A stretch of 63,126 nucleotides of DNA, filler included, from Choristocarpus tenellus KU-1152 (Eukaryota > Protista > Phaeophyceae), in the NCBI GenBank assembly GCA_964200185.2. It is 12 parts of 12 records of this genome, joined end to end, with 100 filler letters (N's around TTAATTAATTAA, not from the genome) between each part and the next. Parts side by side here need not be neighbours in the genome. Positions count along the whole stretch, not along the records: positions 23,823 to 32,540 come from CAXNAD020004408.1; positions 32,641 to 35,623 come from CAXNAD020023160.1; positions 35,724 to 43,803 come from CAXNAD020005183.1; 9 more parts are not named here. One strand, written 5' to 3'. Positions within the stretch are counted from its first letter, which is position 1; each line of letters opens with the position of its first letter. Positions 24,646 through 36,209 of this stretch are shown in pieces. Position numbers and translations under genes: made by a program. Under the pieces are notes generated by a model. That model made no database searches and had not been told where the DNA came from. It saw nothing but the letters and a program-made list of their open reading frames with translations.

Positions 24646-24788
24646 AAAGTTCCACTACACAATACAAAAATTGCAGTAATAAGTGTGAGAAAGTTCCACT
24701 ACACAGTACAAAAATTGCAGTAATAAGTGTGAGAAAGTTCCACTACACAGTACAAAAATTGCAGTAATAAGTGTGAGAAAGTTCCACT
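24646..24788. repeat. 44-bp tandem repeat, 3.25 copies
   Basis: AAAGTTCCACTACACARTACAAAAATTGCAGTAATAAGTGTGAG repeated head-to-tail with one substitution. Confidence 0.95.
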
Positions 24789-27311
24789 TGTTGCGGACAA
24801 GGACAGAGACAAAGACAAAATGGCACCAAGGTCGAGCCAAACAATGCACGCCTGCAGTCATTTATTTTCTAACATGTGCTGTTGTTATGGTCAGTCACAA
24901 TCAACAAGTCAATCTAAGCAAAGGTAAACAAGAGGTACTAAGGAGGACATACATGCAAAAATTCACCCTTTTTTTTGTTCATGTGTGCATAGGGACTTTT
25001 TTGTGAATTCTGTCAAAATTCCTTCAACAGAGAAATCAACAATCTCAAGTCAAACTTGGCACTTATTCCTTAGGAATAAGGATGAACGGCAAAGTATTAG
25101 TATGAGAAGATGACTTGATGTGCAAAACGGGCAAAACCTGGGCACCTTGTCTACTTCGGTTCTCTACCTACAGTTAGGATAATTAAAAGGAATAGACAAG
25201 AAAAAAAATAGAAATTGAGACCAGGTTCATTCATTGATGGTGGTCGCAAAGAAGAAAGAAAAATATGAGCAAAATAAATAAATAATGAGGAAGATCAGTA
25301 GTGGGTCGGCCCGGCCCTCTAATGAGTTCTGCATTAATTTCGAAGTTTTGATCTCCGGGTGTTCTTCTGGGGAGGTTCAACAGTTTGTCTTCTTTTTACA
25401 GTGAATAAATCATACATTTACCTACTCTGTTGTACCGGGCGCAGATAGAGACAACTTCTCACTCCACTAATCATTACTATTATTATTAGGAGCAGTATAG
25501 AATTATTGTGATCATTGCACATACTTTTTCTGTTTCTGTTAGCGGCATCTTCTATTTGTTTACTTTTTTGTCTGAAACTTCTCCACTACCTCCACCCTAC
25601 CTGGGTCCTTGACCTGTGGTCAGAGGGCAGTGCACTCTTCACTATTTCCTCAACCGCTCAAACTACCTGTTGTACTACAACAGATTGGACTGCATAACCT
25701 GAGCTTTGCTCATTTTCTAGCTCGTTTGGTCAAGTTTTGGTCAAGCCATCCCACCAGCTATTACTCGGCCTCCACCCTCAAAACCTGGTGTGAGATTCCT
25801 ACACTAGCAAAGAATCTTCACTGCCACCATCCACGTCTTTCCTAATGCCTTTTTGTAGTTTAGCACAGAAGATAGTGAGGTACAGGCATGCCCTCCCCAA
25901 CACACCACACCTGCCACGTGATCCAGTCAAGTCAAACTTTCTGGGAAGGGTTCACACACACCCCCCGCCCATTCCTGTGAAGAAAAAACTGGCAGATTAC
26001 TGAGATACGCAATAGGGATCTCTAGTAGTGTAGAAGATGTGAAGATCTAATTTTTTTAATTACCACCAAATATTCACACAGTATTCTGGACGTTTTTGAG
26101 GGTCATCCTCCTTCGAAGGTAGGATCAAACTCGGTCCCTTTGAATACATTTTCTCATGTGAACTGAACTTCTCATAGCCTTCCACCTGCCAGACTACCCC
26201 CCGCTGCTGCACCCTTCAACCCTTGCTTAGTTGGCTACGTTGTATCTCCCCACCAGGGTCAGCGTTCACTCTTCTAAGCAGGAAATTCGTGCCCACTTCA
26301 AGGCAAGCATTAGAACTTGATCGGCAAAACTTCTACCATAAGAGATAGTATACACCAGGTACATCATCACAATCCCTCGTGGTGGACAAGTTTGAACTGC
26401 ATAGGAAGAATAATAGTCGGGTGAAAGAATGAAAAGGTTGGCAAGTTTCTTCTACCTGATCCATTGAGAGAGCACTCTCGTTCGACTTGAGGCTCTGTCA
26501 TAGTCGGGGTTTTGACACATCGAGCAAACTATGACAATGTCGCCCTGTTTAAGTGTGTTGTTGTCCTCTCATCATTGTGGTATTTATATCACAGCAAACG
26601 CAATATTTGCAGCAGTCTGGTTCAAACTACGTCATATTGACCGGAGGTGTTTGCCCACTCATACAGATTGATGATTTGGTCAATATTAACCAGATGAACA
26701 CACAGAATGCTACAAAACGCTTGCACACACTGTCGATACTCCAATATCTTTCTCAGCAACAAGTTTGGGGTTGAGCCAAGTAACTAATGTTCATGTAAGC
26801 TACTAGTGGATGCGTACAGAGCAGCTTGACCCATGAGCAGTACGGGCTCAATGCCCCCGGATACACAATTTATCATCTTAAAAATTGACACGACGCTTCT
26901 TTAGCGTATAAAGTTGCCTCCACAACTACGTAATGTGGATCATTTTTTTCACAGTATACAACATGACCTGCACAAATTCTAAACAGAGGAATAAACCGAT
27001 AAGCATGTGAATAATATTCTACATCGGCCTGTTGATATAGAGGATTTAGTGTGATGCCATGACCATCAGCGAATTAGATCAATATGTGTTCGGCAAGCCA
27101 TTGACAAAATCTTGGAATTCCCAAATCCCTGCTGACTAGAATATTGGTCTTGCAAGACAGTATTGCAGCACCAATCAATGCTATCACTGACAACACGAAA
27201 TACATCTAAAACCCTCTCACAGGTTTCGTGCACATAATATATACCCTACCTCCAAACCAAAATTAACCAATATCAAGTTTGTTGACCGCCTCCCACTGGG
27301 ATCATATTGCT

Positions 27312-29563
27312 TCATGGCAACTTCAACTTCAACTCCACCGCAAGGGCAAAATGATCAGAGGGGTACTTGTGTGAGGGTATTCTCTCCACCCCAAGATCAT
27401 CCCCAGTAGGCAAAGACGAACGCCGCAGAATCTCCACCCCCTTAGTGACCCAAACATAGTCCATGCAGCTCTTAATCTCGGTCCTTTCTTGCTTCGATGG
27501 TGGCCCTGTCCACCCTTTCACAGCCGGACGAATCTTCCAAGTTGTGAACATACCGTCAAGGTCAAAGGCAGAGTGAAATCCAAGCGAATGAGCTCTGACT
27601 TCTTGGATGCACAAGGGATCATAGCCCTTGGATGACCCAGAACCTCCCTCCACTTCAACAGGAGGTGCATTCAAGTCACCTGCTAGGACAACAGGGATAG
27701 TCTCTGGAGAAGCACCTCGTCCAGTCGCATGTCCATAGCGGAATCTTTCTATCTCCACCAACAGCTGCTTTATCTGTGAGTGGCCAGGTGGGAAAAAAGG
27801 GGGAATAGAGTATACACCCATGCTCCAACGGTGGTGATAGAGACAGTGCTTGCATGACAAATCACATCAACAATGCAACCCTGAATCAAGTAGCTACTTT
27901 CTCCTACAGCAGGAATGGCAACCGACCTGGTTTTGATACACCTATCTCTTTTAAGAAAATTTTAAGGCACTGAACATGAAGCGAGAATACTAACAATGAG
28001 GTTACTCATCAAGAGTTACAAATTCCACCTCCCACTAATATCAAAGCAGCACTACTTCATTTCCTGTCAACAACATTGCCAATCCTTTTTGCCCTCAAGT
28101 GTAGCTGCTAGCGTAGTTCAAGTACCGCCTTGCCAACTGGATCAACCACATGTAAGCAACATAAAAAAAACTCAGTATACGGCACCAAAATGAACAAAAT
28201 ATTACCCTTGGGATTTATGTCCCCCAACCCCCCACATGTCTGTTGAATATTGAATACAAAAGTACATCTTCGTACCTGCTGTGCCCTCACGATCTCTCCC
28301 TCTGTATTCTTGGTTGCCTTGAGGTGAGTTGTGACCACTATCAACAGCGAACTTTCATCTCCACCACTCCCTCCAGCTCCTCCCAACTTCACCCGGAAGA
28401 GTGCCAGGGTTGCCACCTGATTTTGCGTCACCCTTTCAGGAATATCAACCCCTCCCCCCCCACTCACCGTGCTCTCATTGATCTCCTGCCCTGGGTTAAC
28501 TATAGCGTATGTGAAGGAGTGAACATCAAGCAGATGAAGCCCTCTCCCACCCAACCCCTCATGCTTGTAGAACAGAGAGCAGCCATCCTCAAGCCCAGCA
28601 CCGTAGTCCAGGCCAGGGGCGGAGGGCTTCTTTACAAAGAGGCCACAGTAACCTGCTCGCTCCAGCATAGGGGCAAAAAAATCGTGGTGGTGATCAACCT
28701 CTTGCATAGTCAGCAAGTCACAATCCCAATATAGTATCTCCTCCAGCAGGGCCCACCTGTCTCGGGAAAATTCGTTGTGTTTGGGGGGCATAGGGGTTGG
28801 ACTTGAGGATTGCGATTGAAGTAGAAGTATATCAAATAATTGTCCACATCGGAGGATGGAGTCGCCTTCATAAATACCAGCAAGGATGTGAATCAGGAAT
28901 AAGGGTCAGAGAGTTGAGGTTAAGGATCATATTTTTAAGGGGCTTGTTGAGGTATATGCACTGGTTCTGTCTGAAGCATTTCTAATGTTGGAACTAAATA
29001 ATTAGACGCTGATGTTCTTTAAATATTATGATTGATATGGACAGACCTGAGCAGGTCCATACACACAACGGTACCCCCACGAATAAAAGGTCAGACTGAT
29101 CCTACCAGCATGCGACTTAAATATACATATAGCCCACAAAGTTTAGCATTCAAATATGCGAAATCTATCAGCAGTCACGTAGATTGTGTTGGTGTAGCAA
29201 AGCAAGGTTCTGTTCACATTTTACACGCGCAAATTGAATACCAACTTCGATATTTTTTTGGAAAGCTGGCTGGCTGTATGTATGTACCGTCGCAGATATG
29301 CAATCTTCGGTGTTTGTCATGCAGGCGTATCACCTGCGACTCTTCCAGTCCAGACTGTCGGTTGGAGACATAATGAAGTCCCCTTTTGTAGGATGCCGAC
29401 CGCTGAGGCCATCAGCGAGGACGTTCCACTGCAGCAAGGTTAAGTTTTTCCCCTTTGCTCCGCTGTTTTCAACCGGTAACCATTTCCGTTCCACCAACGG
29501 AGGCGAGCCTAAAATTTTCCTCTTGGAACTGACTTCATCCCTCAGCGAAGAATAGACCGACAT
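27312..29563 (-). CDS. NOCT: Nocturnin-like EEP (CCR4 family) phosphatase/deadenylase, 3 exons, about 390 aa
   Basis: Exons 29563-29334, 28756-28276 and 27773-27312 are in phase. Motifs: LLQWNVLADGL, LDWKSRR, MQEVDH, DGCSLFY, TTHLKA, AGDLNA, FTTWKIR, MDYVW and YPSDHFAL. Confidence 0.9.
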
Positions 29564-31049
29564 ATATAACACCAAGACAGGATTGGTGGGTTCAAGGGAA
29601 GGAAGACAAACTAGAGGGTGAACGCTTGGAGTCCTATTGGTACACCAGATTTCCCAACTCCTAACACCCAATTTCTTTTCTTGCTCTAACCTAAAGAAGA
29701 ATTGATCTCCAGTAACAGCAATCCATACCTTCTCTCTAACAACTCTTGCTTGATCTCTTTTTTTTGCTCGAACACCTCTCTACTCCTACAATATTTCTTA
29801 TTATGGTTATACCCTTTTTCATTATTTCCTAGATGTGTGAGGTGAAAAACCAATGAAAACTATTCGCGTACAATAATAGATCGTAGTCAAATTGGTTCAT
29901 AAGATGGATAGAATGTCAGAACGAAGATCCATTTCCGATTGTGATTGGTCAAACTCTCACTCTGCTGTGACATTGTTCAGTCATTATGGGACATCTGTTG
30001 TGTTTGAGGTTTTTGTTCTGCTCAGGAGTCCCTCAACTTTGAGATGTTGATCAAAGACCTTTGAAACTCGATCTCACCCTCTGAGGTGAAAGAGTTCACT
30101 CCGGTGATTGTGATTGCCCCATTGAGCAGAGAACTTGGCACCTTTGACACTTCCACATAATAAATAAACACTACGACTAAAATATTTAGAGTTACTTGTT
30201 AAAGAGTCAGCAAGAATAAGTTTCTGAATCACTTCTGTTAATTGCGGAAGAACTTTTTTGTGGTATAGGTGTGAAGGAACCCTTTACCGAAACGTTTCAG
30301 AACTGGTTTGCAGAAGATACAACATGAATGATAAATCCAACCATGGCATCTCCTGGATCAGTGGACGGTGCACTGCACAGGCGTGATCTCCTGTCTTGGA
30401 GGCACTCTTATTCGATCATCTAACTCCAACCTTAACCCTAACCTTACCCTAACCTGTCCCAAAAAAATAACCCTACGTATACAATGAGGGACTGTGCAAA
30501 ATAGTACAATGGTGAGGTGTACCTTATTTTGTGTATATGAGATTATTGTGTTGAATTGAGTCCATGTGATGTAAATAATCCGGATTATGTATGGGATTAT
30601 GTATGGATTTTTATTCTGCATTCAGCTACTTCGACATAACCGTTGACTTATGTAGGAAGCACAAAACAATAATAAAACAATTAGAAAACACCCCACAAGG
30701 CCACTCTTCTAATTTCAACCATGTAATCACGTTCAGCAATAGGGAACCGTGTGAGGCTTCATACCTTCTTGTCTTCACTACTGATAAATAGCATTACCTC
30801 CCAAGGTAAATTGCAGTTGTCTCATAAAGATAGGGGATGTCTCCTGGAGACAGAGGATCTCCACAGGTCACCTGCAATGCCCTCAGGATCTGTTGCTGAC
30901 TACTCGCTTACAACAACCTCATCAACAGAAACTGGGTCATTTACAGGGGTAGCAGCATGGAGACCACCTTGTGGTTTGTGATATGCAACGTCCATGGGAT
31001 TCGTCATCCAGCAATCTGAGACTTCTGTGCCTAGGCTGACCGATTTGGC

Positions 31050-32000
31050 TTACAGCGCACCTTCAAGACACAACCACCTTGATGCAAATTATGACGGGTA
31101 AGGGATCTAAGGGATGAAGCGATCAGGAGGTCAAGCAAATAAATGAAGGCCCTTCGTATTTGGAAGCGGATGGGAGGATGAAGTAATCAACATGTCTCAA
31201 ATGAGCGGAGAATTGGTCAGCAATGCATTCATGAAGGGGGGTGCCTATATCCATTAACAACAAGAAAGATCCGGAATGTTTATATGCCCTTCCCAAAGAT
31301 CGTCTCAAAAAAAGTCGAGGGGTTCTATATTGGAGGGAATAGTATACCGTTGGGAGAATAGGTTTAGGCAAATCCTCTGGAATACCGCTTGGTTATTGGC
31401 CATTCTTTTCTCTGAACAGTTCTTGGAAATTCTCATGGCCAGCGAATCAGCAGAATCATGAGAAGACCTCAACCAACTGAAGACAGAATATTACAGATAG
31501 GACTTGGGAATGGAGTACAGGTGGGTGTTCACTGGCATGTCACGAGTCACTCACAGGGGGGGGATTCCAACAACACCAAGTGTCATGGTGAGGATGACCC
31601 AGGCAACTTCCAGCAATCGCTTGATACCCTCGACTATGTTGAACCTGCAACAAGTTGGAGTAGTGCTTACGCCAAGGAAAATGGCTACTTCGACCTGAAC
31701 GGGACAGCACTGAAACTTCGGTGATAGTGGAAGGAAATACTGAACAAAAAAATACAGGGTAAGACAGACCACTGCCATCTCTCCTTTAATTTAAAATTGT
31801 TCCCACCAGCAAAAGGTTATGATCCTCACCCATTGATCTTTCCATGTGACACAACCCATTGTACTCCCCACCTGCCAAGGCAGGTGGCTACGCCGAACGG
31901 AGATGTAGGTGGTGAGTATGTTGAGCACTTCTTCTATTTCTGCCAGGGCAAGCTTCTTCGCAGTTCTCGTAAGACTAGCTTGATTTCAGACAGAGCGAGA
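31050..32000 (-). mobile_element. Possible degenerate LTR-retrotransposon integrase region
   Basis: Broken minus-strand peptides EVAWVIL...VVGIPP and DLPKP...FETIFGK...NIPD resemble rve core segments in order. Heavily decayed. Confidence 0.25.
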
Positions 32001-32643
32001 ATGGGTCCCTAGAGGCCTTTGCTCGCTGGAGCTGACAAGGGAGACAATCGGATTCAGAAGTACAAACGGCCTATCTGGGGGCATCAGTGTCGTAGATAAA
32101 CGGAGTACCTTAAAGGAGGATATAGGAGGGCATACTTTCAGTACCAAGCCCTCGACATCGACGAGTGATAAGGGAAAGGGGACGTAAAATAAATAATGCT
32201 GTTCATAGTGATCTGTCCGTGTTGGTGAGAGACAGCATCAAGAGCCTGACTGAATATACGAAATCCTTTCATCCAAACACCGATACAAGCCCGACCACAA
32301 AATTATTTTGTGAGAAGGCAGAAGGGTAATGTCGGAAGGTGTATGAGTTGGAGAGTACTGGTGGGAGTAGTGGATCTACCCTACCTCACCCCACATACAT
32401 GCTGAATATGTACAAGAATGCCTCAGCAAAGGTGCCGAGCAGAGAAATTTTATGGTGAGGTGGAGGTGGAGGAAGTTTAGGGTCATGGAGGTGTTTGTGT
32501 ACTGAGTAGGATTAGAGCTGAGGAGAAGTATCTGGGGGGGNNNNNNNNNNNNNNNNNNNNNNNNNNNNNNNNNNNNNNNNNNNNTTAATTAATTAANNNN
32601 NNNNNNNNNNNNNNNNNNNNNNNNNNNNNNNNNNNNNNNNCCA

Positions 32644-32722
<79 letters not shown>

Positions 32723-32812
32723 TGCTTGGGACTTTACTACTATGTTTTGGTGATGTTACTTGACGTGATTCATTTGATGGCTTGTTGTGATGTATTGTGA
32801 TGTTACACACAG

Positions 32813-33507
32813 TTGCAATATCTTTCAGACATCAATGCCATTGATAGATTTGCAGAACCAGACATGGAAGGTCCTCTGTGTGACATCCTTTGGGCGGACC
32901 CGATGAACGAGGATGAGACTCATAAGCTCACGGATGAGGAGTATCAGAACTTTCTGGACACTGACTTTGTCTCCAATCAGGTGAGAGATTCTATTTGCAG
33001 AAGGGGAAGTGAGAGGAATGGTTGGAATGTTCAATGATCTTACAAAACAAGTTCCATCTTTATGTGTCAATTGCACTGTAAGGGGCATGGAGGTCTAGTT
33101 CTTGTCTACTATGGGTGCCTTTCCTACCCAAGACTGTCCCTGTTTGCTGTTTTGCCTCTCCTTTGTGACTTGTGCAACCTCTGCAGGATCACTGGCACTT
33201 GGAAGTACTTCCACTGGTACTTTCAAGTACTTGAAAGTACTTGAAAGTACTTAATAGAACCTCTAAGTACTTCACACGGCGTAGTCACATGTTGAGTACC
33301 TACAATTGCTTGTTCTGCCTGCCTTGAAACCTTGGGGTGTTTTTTGTTTGTTTGTTATTGACCACGTGTGCTTATGTTCCAGGTACGGGGTTGTAGCTAT
33401 ATGTTTGGGTACCATGCTGTGCAGAAATTTCTACGAGACAATTCCATTGTGTACATGGTCAGGGCACATGAGGTGCAGGAAGAGGGGTTCCGATCCCACT
33501 TTGCAAG
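32813..33507 (+). CDS. Calcineurin A (PP2B)-like PPP Ser/Thr phosphatase, two internal exons
   Basis: Exon 32813-32980 (DINAIDRFAEPDMEGPLCDILWADP...NQ) and exon 33383-33507 (VRGCSYMFGY...VRAHEVQEEG). DRFxEP, CDILWxDP, RGCSY and RAHExQ are PP2B-type motifs. Confidence 0.88.
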
Positions 33508-33929
33508 GTGAGACATGTATTTGGTACTGAAGCATGGGGTACTGATATAATGCTGCTCTATGGGGAATTGTTGGGTTGAATGTTGAGACGAAGAGATGGT
33601 CCTGGAGACACTTGTCTGGTGTTGTGTTTCCGGGCCTGAGCCATAACCCTAATGTTAATCATGGTGTAATGGTACACAACTGTTACATATTTTTTTTAAT
33701 TTTGGCAATAATTTGGCTTAGGTGTTCACAGGGTGTATTAGCTCTCATGCGCCGCTCTCTGTGATCTATAGTTTAAGAGTAGAACTTGTATGGTATTCTA
33801 TGTTCACTACTGCTGAGTACTGCGATCTATAGCTTAAGGGTAGAACTTGTGTATTGGTGTCAAGCACGACTGTTTCGATGTAAACTATATAGCCGGTGTG
33901 GCCACTGCGAAGTGGTATGGTGTATGCAA

Positions 33930-34025
33930 GATAAATGTCAACATAAATGTCAACATAAATGTCAAGATAAGTGTCAACATAAATATCAACATAAATGTCA
34001 AAATAAATATCAACATAAATATCAT
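33930..34025. repeat. 12-bp minisatellite (ATAAATRTCAAC), about 8 copies
   Basis: Read directly from the sequence. Confidence 0.9.
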
Positions 34026-34047
34026 TGTGTACAGAGTGGCTTTGGAG

Positions 34048-34183
34048 CTGTCTGTAGATAGATACTTTGATGTGATTGAGGTGTCTAACAAAGAACTGTC
34101 TGTAGATAGATACTTTGATTGAGGTGTCAAACAAAGAACTGTCTGTAGATAGATACTTTGATTGAGGTGTCAAACAAAGAACT
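34048..34183. repeat. 43-bp tandem repeat, about 3 copies
   Basis: CTGTCTGTAGATAGATACTTTGATTGAGGTGTCAAACAAAGAA at 34048, 34096 and 34139. Confidence 0.92.
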
Positions 34184-34718
34184 TGCGTGCTTGTACGGAA
34201 CACTCTAATGAACCCTAACCCTATGTACACAGTGTTCAGCCTGAGGACTGTACTCTGTAGTTGATGTAGTTATTATATCTCGTTATTATTGTCATCAGTA
34301 TTTGTTTTTTTTTATTGTTAATTTAGATTTAGGGTTAGGGTTAGTCTGACCTATTGAACCGAGGGAGGTATCTTGTAGTTTTTCTGTACCAGTACTGTAC
34401 CATGTCACTCAGTTCCTCTGTGAAGAACCGCTCTTGGTTCTGGTTCTGGTTCTGGTTTTGGTCCTAATTCATTAGTGGTTCTATTGGTAGGCATGGTTCT
34501 GCAGGACCAGTGTTTAAAGGTGCTCAAGGCTCTGCATGTAACTACAATTAGGGATAGGGTTATTTAGTTGGCACCCTTTTTTATTTTTCGCATTTTTTTT
34601 TTTTTTCAAGTTGTGTGATGAACCGTTTCTTGAACTGCCCTGACCTTTGGTTATATTGACTATATTGACTCAGGTGTGTCATGCTCGTTGAGCATTCAAA
34701 TCATCCTCTGTTGTGTTT

Positions 34719-34835
34719 GTGAATGATCATGATTAACCATCCTTAGAGATGAGTATTGTGAGTGATCATGGTTAACCATCCTTAGAGATGAGTATTGTGA
34801 GTGATCATGATTAACCATCCTTAGAGATGAGCATT
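34719..34835. repeat. 39-bp tandem repeat, 3 copies
   Basis: GTGAGTGATCATGATTAACCATCCTTAGAGATGAGTATT at 34719, 34758 and 34797. Confidence 0.92.
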
Positions 34836-35077
34836 TCTCCGTTGGGGCCATGCTGCAATGGGGAGATTTAAAAAAAGTTCAATCTGACACTCGGTATAGC
34901 TATAGTTAAAAAAAAAAAATTACTTACATATTTTTTTGTGAATTGGTAAATGAGTGGATACTTTCTTGGATAAAGCTTGTGCATTTTTTTTTGCTCTTTA
35001 AGTAAGTGTTCTGATTATGATAACATTTCTGCATGGCTAGAGTTTAGTTCAAACTGACAGCACCACTGTGTCATCAG

Positions 35078-35342
35078 TGATAATAGTAACAATAATGATA
35101 GTAGTAATAACCCTAATGATAATCGCAACAATAATAGTAACAATAATAATAGTAACAATAATAATAGTAGTAATAATACTAATGATAATCGCAACAATAA
35201 TAGTAACAATAAAAATAGTAATAGTAATAATACTAATGATAATCGCAATAATAATAGTAACAATAAAAATAGTAGTAGTAGTAATAATACTAATGATAAT
35301 CGCAACAATAATAGTAACAATAATAATAGTAGTAGTAATAAT
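35078..35342. repeat. AAT/AGT/AAC compound microsatellite with a higher-order unit of about 60 bp
   Basis: The marker CTAATGATAATCGCAACAATAATAGTAACAAT recurs four times. Confidence 0.9.
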
Positions 35343-35939
35343 GTTCCAAATGAGTGACATTTCTTCCCTCCATAGTAGAAAGGACCAAGTCTCTATACTT
35401 GTCTGTCTGACCTCATTTGGTCCTTACACCAGAATAGGTTTCTACTCTGTAGTGTTCTGTAGGGCTCTGGGCCATCATGTCTGCCATTGCTGTTGTGGTC
35501 ATCAAGCGATGATGTACTTCTGTTCAAGCACTCGTACCAGAATCTCATGTTTTTATCAGCAAGATGGCACCCCCCCCCCACCCCCCCCCCCCCCCCCCCC
35601 CTCCCCTCCCCCAAATCTGGCGCNNNNNNNNNNNNNNNNNNNNNNNNNNNNNNNNNNNNNNNNNNNNTTAATTAATTAANNNNNNNNNNNNNNNNNNNNN
35701 NNNNNNNNNNNNNNNNNNNNNNNGTTTACCCTCCCCTCCCCACCGTCCCCCCCCGCCCCCCCCCCCCCAAAGCATCCATCAACTGGCACACAGCCTCATA
35801 CCATATCACTATAAAAGTAATTACATGGCCTAATAGCAATACTTCAGGCAAAGCACACACAAAAGTTCCAACCCTAGAGTCAAACAAACCATGCCACAAA
35901 GTGGCATCTGTGCAAATGGCATTGCATGCTTCAACTTAC

Positions 35940-36169
35940 CTCATGGGTGAGGGGGCGGATTGGAGGGCAGAAGGCCCGAGCAAGTCCGAAGTCTGCTAGT
36001 TTTAGCTTACCATCCCTGCTAACCAGTAGGTTCTGGGGTTTGAGATCTCTGCTCCATTGTATTGTGAGGGAAGCAGCGTGAAGTATTGGATGAGAGGAAA
36101 TGATTTATGTAGACAAATATGTACATTCAATTCCGGTGTGACCAAAGGTAAATCATTGGAATTGGAAGG

Positions 36170-36209
<40 letters not shown>

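Noticed and set aside
24646-24788. CRISPR-like repeat (also 34048-34183, 34719-34835 and 62961-63078)
   Set aside because: These are head-to-tail units with no unique spacers, no cas genes and a eukaryotic context, so they are minisatellites.
35015-35679. Poly-Leu/Ile 'membrane protein' ORFs
   Set aside because: They are translations of an AAT/AGT microsatellite.
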